Shown: positions 1-12,326 of the stretch, piece after piece
Layout: every line of letters begins with the position of its first letter
Numbering within the stretch: the first letter of the stretch is position 1
NCBI RefSeq assembly: GCF_004010195.1
Contig: NC_057728.1
Span: 40,560,578-40,624,577, forward strand
Source: Chiloscyllium plagiosum
Taxonomy: Eukaryota
DNA: 64,000 nt
Direction: 5' to 3'
The notes under the pieces: model-generated
What the model was told of the DNA's origin: nothing
Database searches by the model: none
Seen by the model: the letters and a program-made list of their open reading frames with translations, nothing else
Position numbers and translations under genes: made by a program

Positions 1-1050
1 CAATGTTGTCATTGGTTTTGAGAGCCTGGATGGCATTGCGTTGTGAACGGGTGATGTTTTGCTCGACCTTGTGGGTACGGCTGATGAATCTGGCATTTAT
101 ATATTTCCTGACAGTTTGAACATACATGTCAAGCCCAGGACAGCGGCCCTCCGGTGGGGTCCATGTTGACACCTTCTTTGGTCGCTCCTCTACAGATCCC
201 TGTGATGACTGTTCTACTTCATCAGTGGGCTCAGTGGGATCACTGCCGGCACCTTGAAAGAATTCCCGGAGTCTCATTCGTCTGATGAACTCCTCTGTGT
301 CTGCTGCCAGAACCAACGGGTCCATTTTGGTGGTGGGACAGAAGTTGAGACCCCTACTCAGGACTTCAATCTCTTCCGGTCGAAGGGTGTGGTCCGATAA
401 GTTGACAATAGACTTCCCCGCAGTGATAATGTTGTCTACTGTGGTTCCAGGGCGGGCTTTGCTATTACTGGTGAGAATGCCAAGCTTCTCAAGTTTTTTG
501 TTCTTGGCGTGCATGTACATGGTGTAGTTTTGTTGCCTTGTCTGTTTGGCGATGTCACGTAATTGTACTGATGTATCCTGTGTGCAGGCTGTGAGTGTGG
601 ATTCCATCTGAATTTCAAGGATGTGGTGCCTGCTGTAGAGTTGGTGCACGAGATGATTGAGAAGTTTACGAGAGGTGCGGTGGCAAAGTCTCTCTGCGTA
701 GTCTGTGTTGTAGGTCGACCTGAGTGGGTTCGTAATCCGTAATCTTTTCGGGATCTTTCCTGCTTGCCTGCATTCCTGTTGAAACTTGATGTCTGTGTCG
801 ATATGTGCGATCTTCTTGGAGATCCTCTCCACTTTAAGCCAGCAGTTAGTGGTGTTGAAGGAGCGTCGCTCCGAAAGCTAGTGTGCTTCCAATTAAACCT
901 GTTGGACTATAACCAGTTGTTGTTTGATTTTTAACTTTGTACACTCCAGTCCAACACCGGCATCTCCGAATCATACCTTAGCTGTGGTCATGATCCATTT
1001 GTGCTGGCTGTTAGTCTAAAATTGTTGAAGGATGTTTCTAGACGGTCCTT
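1..1050 (-). mobile_element. Penelope-like retroelement, 5' part of ORF (runs off the window edge; frameshifted and interrupted)
   Basis: Manual minus-strand translation: probable start ATG at 991-989 (MTTAK), then CRQAGKIPKRLRITNPL..., IVNLSDHTLRPEEIEVLSRGLNFCP..., STWTPPEG...NITRSQRNAIQALKTNDNI. These are the motifs that precede the RT domain in Penelope-like elements. Confidence 0.8.
856..974 (+). mobile_element. Short Penelope terminal-repeat fragment (family A, 5'-truncated hammerhead) inserted antisense into the Penelope ORF
   Basis: tgaaggagcgtcgctccgaaagctagtg...ccaacaccggcatctccgaatca matches the reverse complement of 3891-4006 and the copies at 5425 and 15871. Confidence 0.8.
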
Positions 1051-1068
1051 GTGTGTAAGTAGATTTTA

Positions 1069-1392
1069 TTGATTAGATTAGATTAGATTACTTACAGTGT
1101 GGAAACAGGCCCTTCGGCCCAACAAGTCCACACCGCCCCGCCGAAGCGCAACCCACCCATACCCCTACATTTACCCCTTAGGTAACACTACGGGCAATTT
1201 AGCATGGCCAATTCACCTGACCTGCACATCTTTGGACTGTGGGAGGAAACCGGAGCACCCGGAGGAAACCCACGCAGACACGGGGAGAACGTGCAAACTC
1301 CACACAGTCAGTCGCCTGAGGCGGGAATTGAACCCGGATCTCAGGCGCTGCGAGGCAGCAGTGCTAACCACTGTGCCACCGTGCCGCCCACA
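1069..1392 (-). mobile_element. tRNA-derived SINE, HE1/V-SINE type, full length
   Basis: Minus strand: A box (GGTGGCACAGTGGTTAGC), B box (GGGTTCAATTCCC), V-domain-like core (gtgtggagtttgcacgttctccccgtgtctgcgtgggtttcctccgg), CR1-like tail (gggccgaagggcctgtttcc) and a (TAATC)n end. Confidence 0.85.
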
Positions 1393-2549
1393 AATTGAGA
1401 TCCATGCAAATAACCTTTTCCCTCATGAAGAATTTTCTGGTGTAAACATGGATAAACTTGATGGCAACAGCATGAGACAAATCATAGGAGTGACCTGAAA
1501 ATGCAATGGAGAGAGGGAAGTGTACAATGGTGTTCGCCAGTTGTTAGTATTAGGATCATCACACTTTATGACATATATAGATTATGAACATGGACATTTA
1601 TATACAATCAATAATTCAACATTTTATCAGCAACACAAAGCTAGGATTGTGTAAAGACCATATTTTTTCCTTTTTATGTATTTTAGATTAGACTGAGATG
1701 GAGAAAGAAAGCTTTAATACAAACTTTTTAAAAGCAAGTAACCTCATTGTAAGTATTGTTTACACAGCTGGTCATTAAAACAGTGGTGAAAGTCTGGTTT
1801 GCAGATGAGCTGGATCAAAGGGTGCGTACAAGTGGTGCTTTGGCTAGCAAAAAGTAGCAGATTGGTATGTGGACTAGTAACTAGTTGTTATTGACAAAAG
1901 CATGCTGCCTGCCAACATCTTTGTGATTGGTTACCAAGTAGCTGAACAGCTTGAGGGTGTGATTGTTTGGGAGAAACAGTTGCATCTCTACAAATACAGG
2001 AGTTGTCTCTTTCTCTGCAGTAAAAAAACTCAAGCCTCGAAATAGCCAATTTATTTCCCCATTCCAGTTGCTATTATCTATGACTTTTAAATGATAAGCC
2101 AAAGACTTATAAGTGGGAACCAATCAACTTGTGCCTCATGGAAACACATGAAAGTATCTGGAGAAGTGAGATCGAGAAGCAAAATCTTAATAAGCACAAG
2201 AATCATCTCAGCAAACCGTCTTTACAGGGACCACTGAATTATATTCCCAGTCTTTCCCTCCACCCATCATGCATATGTTTCCTATACAGTCTGTCTGCAT
2301 GTAAGGAAAGTGAGTTTATAAAAATGTTAGTGTTTTAACCAAATTGGTTATATGTTAATGCTTCATAATCACCAACAGTAGCTAGACACTACTGATTTGT
2401 AATAAATAGTCATTTTGTTAAGTATAGAAATCTGGATTGTGTTTTCTGGGAATATGAGTATAAAATTAGGGAATTTTACATGATTTTATAAAATTTTTAA
2501 CTTCTGTACTTACTCTAGGAATAGCAGGGCTTGACTCTGAGCACATTAG

Positions 2550-2759
2550 AGCTGAAAATGTATTGCTGGAAAAGCGCAGCAGGTCAGGCAGCATCCAAGG
2601 AGCAGGAGAATCGACGTTTCGGGCATGAGCTCTTCTTCAGGAAGGGCTTATGCCCGAAATGTCGATTCTCCTGCTCCTTGGATGCTGCCTGACCTGCTGC
2701 ACTTTTCCAGCAACACATTTTCAGCTCTGATCTCCAGCATCTGCAGTCCTCACTTTCTC
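2550..2759. mobile_element. Head-to-head inverted short element (family B, hammerhead-bearing) with 15-bp TSD
   Basis: 2548-2640 is largely the reverse complement of 2641-2728. It is flanked by CTCTGAGCACATTAG at 2535-2549 and 2760-2774. Confidence 0.9.
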
Positions 2760-2799
2760 CTCTGAGCACATTAGCCCAGTGAAGTATAATAATTGTAAT

Positions 2800-3775
2800 G
2801 GACAAACAGGAAGATAACTACAGAATTAGAGGGATTTAAGTAGACTGAAGAACTGGGCAGACACATGGCAGATCAAATTTAATGCAGCAAGCTGAAATGT
2901 GATGTGTTTTTGGGAGGAAGAGTGAGAACTACTAATGTAAATTAAATATTTTCACTTTCTGAGTCATTTTAAAGGAGAAGCATGAATAAGGAGACTTAGG
3001 ACACATGAAGAACAAGTTGTAAAGTTTACTTAGAAAGCAAATGGGATGCTTGACCTTATTAATAGATACAACAAGTACGAAAACAAGGAAATAATAGACA
3101 GATTTTAAAACACCAGTTGGGCCTCAGCTGTTATATTGTGTTCAAATCTCGGGAGGATATTTCAAGAAGACTGTCAAGACTTTGGAGAAGATGGGGAAGT
3201 GATTTATTAGAATATACCAGCTTTGATGGATTTCAGTTACATGAGACACTGGAGAAGCTGGGATTGTTTTGACTGGACAAGGTTAAGGGGTGTTCAAAAA
3301 TTCTAATTGTTTTGATAGGCTAAGTAAGAAGAAATTATTTTCAGTGGCAAAGGGGTGGGTAGCCAGAAGACACATTTTTAGGGTACTTTGCAAAATAATT
3401 GTGGGAAGAGTTTACCTTAGATCAAAGCAATTAGTTGTTTTCAGGGTCTGCACTACCATGAGACCAAATTAGGACCAAAGATGGAGGAACAAATTAGGCC
3501 ATTTGGTCCACTGAGTCTCCTCCACTATTCAATCATGGCCAATATGTTTCTCAATCCCAATGTCCTGCCTTTTGCCTGTAACACTTGATTTCCTTACCAA
3601 TAAAGGACCTATCTATCTCTGTCTTTAGTACACTCAATGACTTGGCCTCCACAGCCTTCTGCAGCAATGAGTTCCACAGATTCACCACCTTCTGGCTGAA
3701 GAAATTCCTACTCATCTCAGTTCCTCCACTCTGAGGCTGTGCCCTTGGGTCCTAGTCTATCTACTCGTGGAAACA
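2800..3775. mobile_element. Decayed CR1-like LINE fragments (+ strand 2800-3400; - strand 3' end 3480-3775)
   Basis: Remnants of W..KWQ..FN and LEYCVQFW-like coding sequence, and a CR1-type 3' end. Confidence 0.55.
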
Positions 3776-3978
3776 CCTGTACATACACTCTCTCTCACAG
3801 ACACTCACAAACCCCACCACACACACCCCTACACTCACACATGCATCCTCTCACAGACTTAGACACTTTACACTCACACATACACACATAATTTGGAGAT
3901 GCCAGTGTTGGACTAGGGTGTACAAAGTTAAAAATCACTCAACACCAGGTTATAGTCCAACAGGTTTAATTGGAAGCA

Positions 3979-4013
3979 CACTAGCTTTCGGAGCGTCGCT
4001 CCTTCATCAGGTG
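3979..4013 (-). ncRNA. Minimal type I hammerhead ribozyme motif (family A), intact core
   Basis: Minus strand: CAC CUGAUGA A GGAGC GAC GCUCC GAAA GC UA GUG. Stem I is CAC/GUG, stem II is 5 bp, stem III is the palindrome AGCU, and the triplet is CUA. Confidence 0.8.
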
Positions 4014-4714
4014 ATGGTGGAGGGCTCAATCCTAACACACAGAATTTATAGCAAAAATTTACAGTGTGATGTAACTGAAATTATACATTGAAAAATTCAT
4101 TGTCTGTTGAGTCTTTCATCTGTTTGAATACCATGATAGTTTCACTTCTTTCATGTGTAAATCACAAAATCTTTTTTTAAAAAAAAGTTGCATTCTCAGG
4201 TTAGCTGTTAACAATAGGTGATAGCTCGGCAATATATTGAAGGTGTTAGCTCCCTGTGTTCTCTGTCTATGCCATGATGTTTAGATTGATTCTAATCTAC
4301 AAAGTGAGATAACGGAGTTTTACATGAATTCATGCAGTTTTACCATTACGCGTGAGGACACCTCCCACCTTGTACATGGCAGGTACTCATGTGACTCAGC
4401 CAACGTTGTCTATCATACACTTTGCAGGAGGCATGGTACATTGGGTAAATCGAGCAAAGGCTACAACAATGGATGATGGGCACAGCACAACAATCAACAG
4501 ACAGGAGTGTTCCCTCCCAGTTGGGGAACACTTCAGTTGTCCAGGACATTCAACCTCGGACCTTCGGGTGACCATTCTCCAAGGCGGACTTCGGGACAGG
4601 CAGCAGTGAAAAGTGGCCGAGCAGAGGCTGATAGCTAAGTTCGGTACCCATAGGGAGGGCCTCAAGTGGGACCTTGGGTTCATGTCACATTATAGGTGAC
4701 CACCATTGCACTAT

Positions 4715-4823
4715 ATACACACACAGACACTCCTACACACACACACACACACACACACACNNNNNNNNNNNNNNNNNNNNNNNNNNNNNNNNNNNNNNNN
4801 NNNNNNNNNNNNNNNNNNNNNNN
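4715..4823. repeat. (CA)n microsatellite running into a 63-nt assembly gap (N at 4761-4823)
   Basis: Directly visible in the sequence. Confidence 0.95.
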
Positions 4824-4903
4824 GCTCAAAAACTGCATGTATTCATGTAAAACCCCGTTACCTCACTTTTTAGATTAGAATCATGACATAGACAGAGAAC
4901 ACA

Positions 4904-4986
4904 GGCTTATGCCCGAAACGTCGATTCTCCTGCTCCTTGGATGCTGCCTGACCTGCTGCGCTTTTCCAGCAACACATTTTTCAGCT
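4904..4986 (+). mobile_element. Family B short element, 5'-truncated within hammerhead stem II
   Basis: ggcttatgcccgaaacgtcgattctcctgctccttggatgctgcctgacctgctgcg...tcagct. Confidence 0.85.
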
Positions 4987-5418
4987 AATACATATACACA
5001 CACACAGACACACAAAAACCCACATGCACACATACACATATATGTTTGTGGAGTGAATTTGTACTTGCAAAGTTACATTGTACTTTGCTCAAAGACTGTG
5101 TGAATTCATGCAAGACTCTGTTAACTCACTTTTTAAATTAGAATCAGTCTAAACATTATGGCACAGACAGGGAACACAGGGGGCTAACACCTTCAATATC
5201 TTATCTAGCTGACACCAATTGTTACAGTTAACCTGTGAATGTAACTTTTTAAAAAAGTTTTGTGATTTACATATGAAAGAAATGAAACTATCATGGTCAT
5301 TCTAACAGATCAGAGACTCAACAAACAATCAAGGTATTTTTCAATGTATAATTTCAGTTACATCACACTGTAAATTTTTGCTATAAATTCTGTGTCTTAC
5401 AATTGTGTCCTCCACAAC

Positions 5419-5453
5419 CACCTGATGAAGGAGCAGCGCTCCGAAAACTAGTG
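5419..5453 (+). ncRNA. Minimal type I hammerhead ribozyme motif (family A), stem III palindrome mutated
   Basis: CAC CTGATGA A GGAGC AGC GCTCC GAAA AC TA GTG. Confidence 0.7.
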
Positions 5454-6309
5454 CTTCCAGTAGGACTATAACCTGGTGTTTTGTGATTTTTAACTTTGTA
5501 TTCTAGCCTGCTCAAAAATAATGCTAACATTGCATTGGCCTTCCTAACTCCCAAATGAACCTCCTGGAGGTTATGCAATGTTATAAGATATTTTCTACAA
5601 ATGTGCACATATATAATACAGTGCATCTTCTCACAACTACAATATACCTATAAACCACAGATTCTATGCATTATTATCTTTGATTCTCCCTTTTTGAGAA
5701 TGATTTGAATAACATTCTGTTGGAATGACATTACAATCACCCTCTTCAAACTTCAATGTCACTTAAACTTTTAACTGTCAAAACTATTGTTTCTGTTTTA
5801 CAAAGACAGCAAGGAATGACGATACTGCTGTCAGTTCATCATTAGATTTTTATGTCATCTAAACACCATTTAGTTTTTGCGTGTAACTCCTGTTTCTCTA
5901 AATGTTATTCAATGATTTGTTTAAACATGCTTACAAATTTAATCTTTTTTTATATCACGTGCATAATAAATGATCAATAAAATTTAACTTCTAAACTGCA
6001 AAAAATCTATAGCATGCTTTTAATGTGCACAGCAGCAATCAAAACTTATCTGCTACAACATCTGGATTGCAGGTCCTGGTGTCACTGTCTTGCTTTCAAG
6101 TTCTTGCACAGAATATTGTTCAAATCAGTAAAGAAACTAACTGTTTCAATGAAGCAAAACCCAGTGCGTGGCTGAATCTGTGGTCTTGAAACTTCTGGGC
6201 TTGGGAATATGTTTTATTCAGCATTGTAAATTTAGCATGCCCAAGCCAGAACTGTGGAGGGATCAATCCCCACAGTATCCGCGACTCTTTTCTCAGAAAA
6301 ACTACTGGA

Positions 6310-6783
6310 GGATTTGAGCTAGAGGGAGAGGCGAATAGGTTGGGGCTTCTTTCCCTGGAGCATCTCAGGGCTGAGACTTTTTTCCCTGGAGCATCAGAGG
6401 CTGAGGGATGACCTTAAGGAGGTTTATAAAATCATGAGGGGCATGGATAGGGTAAATAGACAAGGTGTTTTTTCTAGGGTGGGGGAGTCCAAAACTAGAG
6501 GTCATAGGTTTAAGGTGAGAGGGAAAAGATTTAAAAGTGACCTGAGGTGTAACCTTTGTACATAGAGGTTGGTGTATGTATGGAATGAACTGCCAGAGGA
6601 AGCAGTGGAGCCTGGTACAATTACAACATTTAAAAGGCACCTGGATGGGTATATGTATAGGAAGGGCATAGAGGGACATGGGCCAAATGCTAGCACATGG
6701 GACTAGGTCAAATTGGGATGATTGGTCAGCATGGACAGGTTGGGCTGAAGGGTCTGTTTCTCTGCTGGATGACTCTATGACTC
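6310..6783 (+). mobile_element. CR1/HER1-like LINE 3' fragment
   Basis: Remnant of LFSLE.QRLR.DL.EVYKIMRGMDRV...WNELPEE; tail gaagggtctgtttc...gactctatgactc. Confidence 0.85.
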
Positions 6784-7429
6784 AAAGTCATTGAATCAAA
6801 ATAGGAATAACAAAGGCAGTTAAAGTAGTGAACCATTAGGTCACATTGTTCAACAAAACAATATGTATTTGACCTCCCCAGTGCAGACAATGGCATACTT
6901 TGAGAAATACAGTCTATTATATTGTGGGATATACATGTACAGTTTTCAGATCTAAGAAGCCTTTGGGGCCCTGCACAGTTTTGTTGAAAAAGGTGAATGA
7001 ACTAGCATTGCAGTTGTTGTTTCAGCTGTATAAAAACATGTCCGGGAAATAGTGCCCCTAATTAGAATGGTGGAATGGTGAAGCAGAGATTCTTGAAATG
7101 AAGAGTAAAAGTGAATAATATTGAAGGAAGGTGATTTTGAAACTAATTCATGGAATATTCCTTTAATATTATACCTGTTTTAAATACACAGCCAATAAAT
7201 TCAATGTAATCCTAGTAAAGCCTGGACAATGACCACAACACTTTACATGCATGTTTGCTTCAAATCTGAAAAATTAATGAGGATACTGCACAAAGAAGAA
7301 TACAGGATTTGTCACATGAAATTAAAGCAGCGTAGGAAATACTTCTCTAGATTTGGTAATAGCAGTGTTCTTTTGAACCAGTCACCTATCCACCACTTTT
7401 TCCAACCTTCAGCTGATCAAAAACACTGC

Positions 7430-7870
7430 GTCAAATTCTATCTTGCATTACATGATGCTTACCAGCACCACTAGTCTCACCAATACACATTGGCTTCAAA
7501 CCCCCCAGATCTCAAACTTGAAATTGTCTTTCTTACGCTTAAATTCCTTTGTGGCCTCACCCTTCCAACTCTATAATCTTCCGTGGCTCAATACGTTTTT
7601 CAACCTTATATTTTCTCTGACAGTGAGATCATATATAGTTCTAATCTGTCTCTGTTCCACTGTAGGCAGCTGTGCTTTCAGCTTCCTAGGCCACATTCTC
7701 AAAAACTTCCCTTCCTAAATATCTCAGATTTGACATGAAAATAAATTTTATGACCAAGTTCTTGGTCAATAGTCCTCACTGAACTGGAACCACTTTCTCT
7801 CATTAGATTTCAGTGCTGCCTGTTGTTCTATATTAAAAGTGCTATATAAGTACACAGTATTGTCATTGTT
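7430..7870 (+). mobile_element. Old L2-clade LINE 3' remnant
   Basis: Decayed HWL.../G.CAFS.LG...NFP coding remnants and an L2-like end (aagtgctatataag...ttgtcattgtt). Confidence 0.5.
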
Positions 7871-8999
7871 CCAGATGTTCCTATAGACCTTTTTTTTCAC
7901 AAACTGCATGTGAATGAGTGAGAATATTTCCCAAGAGTGTAGAAATGCTTATTTTTTGAGTGTTTGCAGTCTGCATAAAGAAAATTCAGTAAGAATAGAA
8001 CAAAAATTATCCAGATTTGACAGCAGAGTTCTGAATCAACAGGAATTTTCACATACACTATAGGTTTAGCAAGAATACAAACCTGTTATAGCTTATACCA
8101 TCAAGAAGCTTGTGAACTGCTAATTGGCTGTCAAGGCCCACACTGACTGAGAAGTGAAAGGCAGTGAAACTGTTTTCTCTACGGAACAGTTTTATCAAAC
8201 TGTTAAAGCTGGGCTCTGACTCTGGAATTAAGCTATGTTCACAGTATAATTGCAGCATTGCTGTGAGAGTAAATCTATTTTGCATACACTACACAATTTT
8301 AGAATGACTAAAGAATACACCCTACAGCTTCAGTTTTTTTCATTTTTAGACCATTTTGTTTGTTGTTTGGAGATAGAATTATTTTTACTGTTGACTTCCA
8401 TTGTGACCTTATTTTAGAAATTTTGGAACTGAATCGACATATTCAGTGTTGTACCAGTTTCTGGCAGTTGCTTTGGTGATTAATATTGTTGGTTCTAAAG
8501 TAGTAAGTGTATCTTGGCATGTTATAGTTTAGTTTGGCGTGAATATTTCTGATTCTCTAGCATGTGAACAATACAGGGAAACCTAGCTGAAATAAGTTAC
8601 TTCCTCACATTTGCCAACTGAAAACATGAGTAATTTCTTAGCTTTGACAGTATCAATAACACATCCAATTGGCAACAAGAGAAAGTGGAATCTAGTAAAG
8701 AAAATGTTTTGGAACAGAATCCAGGGGTAAAGTTTTCCTTTCCTGCATGGACATGACATTGGAGGAGGGATTGAAGGCGAGATTGGAAGAAAATGAGACA
8801 ATCTTGCTTTAGGAATGATCTTGCGAGAGATAGAGTCTGACTGGTACCAGCTAAGCATATCACAGCCACTGAGTAGCTATCTAAGCTGAAATATGTCCCA
8901 CTAGGATCCAACTGGAGATACCACCGAATCTTCATAATGGCAAGTAGATCCCACTCCAAGTCCAATGTCTTGAGCAGCCTTGCAGTGGCTGGCCAGGGA

Positions 9000-11360
9000 G
9001 TCAATAAGTCTACTTAAAACTACCCTTGCCCCAGAGCGATAGTGACCAGAAGACAACAATGGTAACCACAGGCTATCCTATGGTGAGTCTCCTTCTCCAC
9101 TGGCCTAGCAATAATAGCAATACCTACTTCTTTCACACTTTTGTATCTCTTCAGAGGACAGCTCCATCACTATTGGAACATTCTATTGGACCTGACTGGG
9201 AAGACTGGGTGAGGTAAAGACTGTGACATCACCAAGAGGAGTGGTCAAGGTGAGATTAAGTATTTATAGTATGGTTATATTTATTCTAAGGATTCCAATT
9301 ACTTTTCAGGCTTACAGGATGGCAAGCCAGCACAAACAAGTGCATTGTACATCCTGCAGTATGTGTGAAGTCATGAAGTCATGTATTTCAGCTAATCGCA
9401 TTTGCAGGGACTGTCACTGGCTGCACAAGTTTTAGCTCTGGCTTTGGAACTTGAGCAGTGGCTAGAGTATCTCTAGTGTAACCACAAGGCAGATGACCAC
9501 ACATAGGATGCATAAGGGAGCGGTCATATACAGCTTAGAAACAAGAGAGGGAATGGGTGACAGTTTAAGAAAACCAGGCCGGTAATTCAGGAAGCCCCTG
9601 AGTCTATTGTGTGTATTCCATTTTGGAAACAAGTGAAAGCAGTTTCCTCAGTGGAAAGAGGTTCCTCAGTGGAATGCAGCCAAAGATATCTTCTTGATAG
9701 CAATGGCATGTCAGCTGTACAGGGGTTGCAAGGATGGGGCCTTGGTTTGGGGGAAGAGTGGAAGGGCAATAGTGATAGGGGATTCATAGTCATGAGATCA
9801 AACAAGTGTTTCTGCAGCATCATTCTAGGATGAAATGTTGTCTCCCTGGTCCCAGCATTAAGGATGTCATGGCATGACTGCAGGATATCCTCCTAAGGGA
9901 GAGGGATCAACCAGATGTCACAATTGACATTAATACCCAATGACATTTGCAGGAAGAGGGATAAGGTCCTGAAAGTAGAATGCAGGGTGATAGGAAGAAA
10001 ACGAAAAAGCAGGATCTCAAGAGTAGTAATCTCAGGATTACTCACATTGCCATGTGCTAGTGATCATAAGAACAGGAGGATCAACATGGCTGGAGAACTG
10101 GTGTAGGAGGGAAGCCATCAGATGCTTGAGGCATTGAGAATAGATTTGAGGCAAGTGGGATCTGCACAAGCTGGATGGGTTAACAGGTTTGGGATTGATA
10201 TCCTCCAGCGGAGATTTGCAAGTGCTGCTGGGGGTAGATTTAAGCTAGCTTGTCTCAAGAGGTTGAGCACCTCAGGGTAAGCAACTTGAAAGGAAGTTAA
10301 GCTGGTAATATGAAGTAGACAGTCTGTGGAGGAGACTTGAAGACAATTGGAACAAAGCTGAGCATTGAGCATGACTGGATTCCAGAATTATGTCAAAAAA
10401 GTTAACATTACAGGCATGTACCTGAATGCATTCAACATTCACAACAGTACAGAATCTAAAGGTACAAACAGGTAATGGTTACCATTACAGAAACATGGCT
10501 GAATGGTTCCTAAAACAGGGAACTGAATATTCAAAAATATTCTATGTTTACAAAGGACAGACAAGAAGTAAAAGGAGTTGGAGTTGTACTGATAACATGA
10601 GATGGGATCAGTACATTGGTAAGGAAGGAATTCAGATTGGAAGAATGATTTGTGGAACTCAGAAAGAGCAAGGAGCAGCAAATATTGGTTCAAGTTATTT
10701 ATAGGCCAACAAATAGTAGTGATGGTTTGGGACATGGTATTAATCAGAAGAGGAACATGTAGTATGTGCAATATCATGGGTGACTTCAATCTGCATATAG
10801 ATTGGGAAGACAATAGAGCACTAGATCTGTGAAGGAAGAGATTCTGGATGGTTAGGGATGGCTTTCTAGATCAAGATGTTGAACAGCCAATTAGATGACA
10901 GGCAATTTTGGTTCTAGTATTATGTAATGAAGAAGATCTAATCAATAATCTTGTTGTTAAATAATCTAGAGTGATGAATAGCCACAATACAATAGTATCT
11001 AATGTTATATTTAAAGTGAGGTAGTACAATCTGAAATAAGGGTGTTAAACTTGAACAACAGAAATTCTGAAGGCAGGAGGCACAATTTGGTTGAGGTGGA
11101 TTGGGAAAATGCATTAAAAGGTATAGGTGTAATAGGAAATGGATAAAGCAACTATAAATTCTGTCAAGTTGTGGAAAATCCAAAAATGGACTGTCAACTG
11201 TGGCTAACAAAGGAAATTAAGGTTCATACAAGATTTTAAGAAAGCATATGAAGTGGACAGAAATAGTAATAAATCTGAGGGTTGGGAAACTTACAGAATA
11301 CAGAAACAATAAACCAAAAAAACTGATAAATTATGTTAGAATAGAATATGCCTACAAACT
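9000..11360 (+). mobile_element. Decayed CR1-like LINE 5' half: ORF1 (Cys motif plus SGNH/esterase-like) and AP-endonuclease remnants
   Basis: CTSCSMCEV...ICRDC (9345-9415), AIVIGDS...CCLPG (9765-9850), IMGDFNLHIDW (10775-10806). Confidence 0.65.
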
Positions 11361-12231
11361 GGCCATCACAATGACAGAAGCATGAGCAAGCTGTTCGGTA
11401 TCTCGAGCCTCCTCAGCCATTCAATAAGATCACAGCTGATCTGTGGCCTAACTCCATAAGCTTGTCTTGTGCCCATATCCCTCAAAGTGCTTTCTAACAT
11501 ATCTCTTGAATGGCCTGGCCCTAAATCTTAGACTATGCCCCCAGTTCTAGAATCTTCAAGCCGAGAAAATATTTTATCTTTACATTATCTTTTCCTGTTA
11601 ATACCCTGAAGACTTTGATTATATCGCCCCTTAACCTTCTAAATTGTAGAGAACAAAGGCCTAATTTGTCTAATTTCTCCTCATAATCTTATCCTGAAGT
11701 CCAGGTATTATCCTTCTAGACTTGCATTGAATTCCCTCCAGGGTCAAAACATCCTTCCTAAGGCGTGGTGCCCAGATCTGTTCACAGTACTATAAGTGGG
11801 ATCGGACGTTGTATAAGGGCAGCATAACACCTGCAACCCTATGTTCTAGACCTTTAGATATGAAGACCAGCATTCCATTAGCACATGTTCATGGTAGTTT
11901 AGAAAGCTATGCACCTGAAACCCCAAATCTCATTGGACATCCACTATATTCAACCCTGATCAATCCTTTCTTGGTCTGGAATGGATAACCTCATAATTGC
12001 TAATTGTAGAATCTATCTGCCACACCTCTGCCCATTCATCTGATCTATCAATATCCTGTTGTAATTTTAAGCTGTTGTCAACTCTGTGTACTATGCTGCC
12101 AAATTTTGTGACATCAGCAAATTTGGATATTTGACTTTTATGCCATTATTCAACTCGTTAATGAATATTGTGAATTAATTGAGACCCCACCATTGATCTA
12201 TGCCGAGGGATGTCCTGACAAATTGAGAGCT

Positions 12232-12326
12232 CATTCCTGAAGAAGGGCTTATGCCCGAAACGTCATTCTCCTGTTCCTTGGATGCTGCCTGACCTGCTGC
12301 GCTTTTCCAGCAACACATTTTCAGCT
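12232..12326 (+). mobile_element. Family B short element with complete hammerhead core and 13-bp TSD
   Basis: CTGAAGA A GGGC TTAT GCCC GAAA CG TC at 12237-12264, flanked by CAAATTGAGAGCT at 12219-12231 and 12327-12339. Confidence 0.9.

Larger units (their letters stand above)
3777..5500. mobile_element. Rearranged Penelope-like 3' end: inverted 3'UTR/terminal repeat (3891-4342, -), GIY-YIG C-terminus (4345-4699, +), 3'UTR/terminal repeat (4824-5500, +)
   Basis: Frameshifted translation GRYSCDSANVVY...WYIG...GHSTTINRQECSLPVGEHFSCPGHSTSDLRVTILQGG...AEQRLIAKFGTHREGL is a GIY-YIG endonuclease tail. 3891-4342 is the reverse complement of about 5085-5500. Confidence 0.85.

Noticed and set aside
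856..976. Possible intron in the Penelope ORF (AAG|GTATGA looks like a donor on the minus strand)
   Set aside because: There is no AG acceptor at the other junction (ctccttcAAC), and the segment is a recognisable dispersed repeat.
1320..1392. tRNA gene
   Set aside because: The A/B boxes are continuous with a SINE body and tail. The same applies at 23501 and 44153, and the heads near 28600 are decayed duplicates.
1097..1498. 133-aa ORF (CGRKPEHPEETHADTGRTCKLH)
   Set aside because: Antisense translation of the SINE core, not a gene.
2548..2760. MITE or pre-miRNA interpretation of the hairpin
   Set aside because: The arms also occur singly and truncated elsewhere, end points vary, and TSDs are 12-15 bp. 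This fits retrotransposition better.
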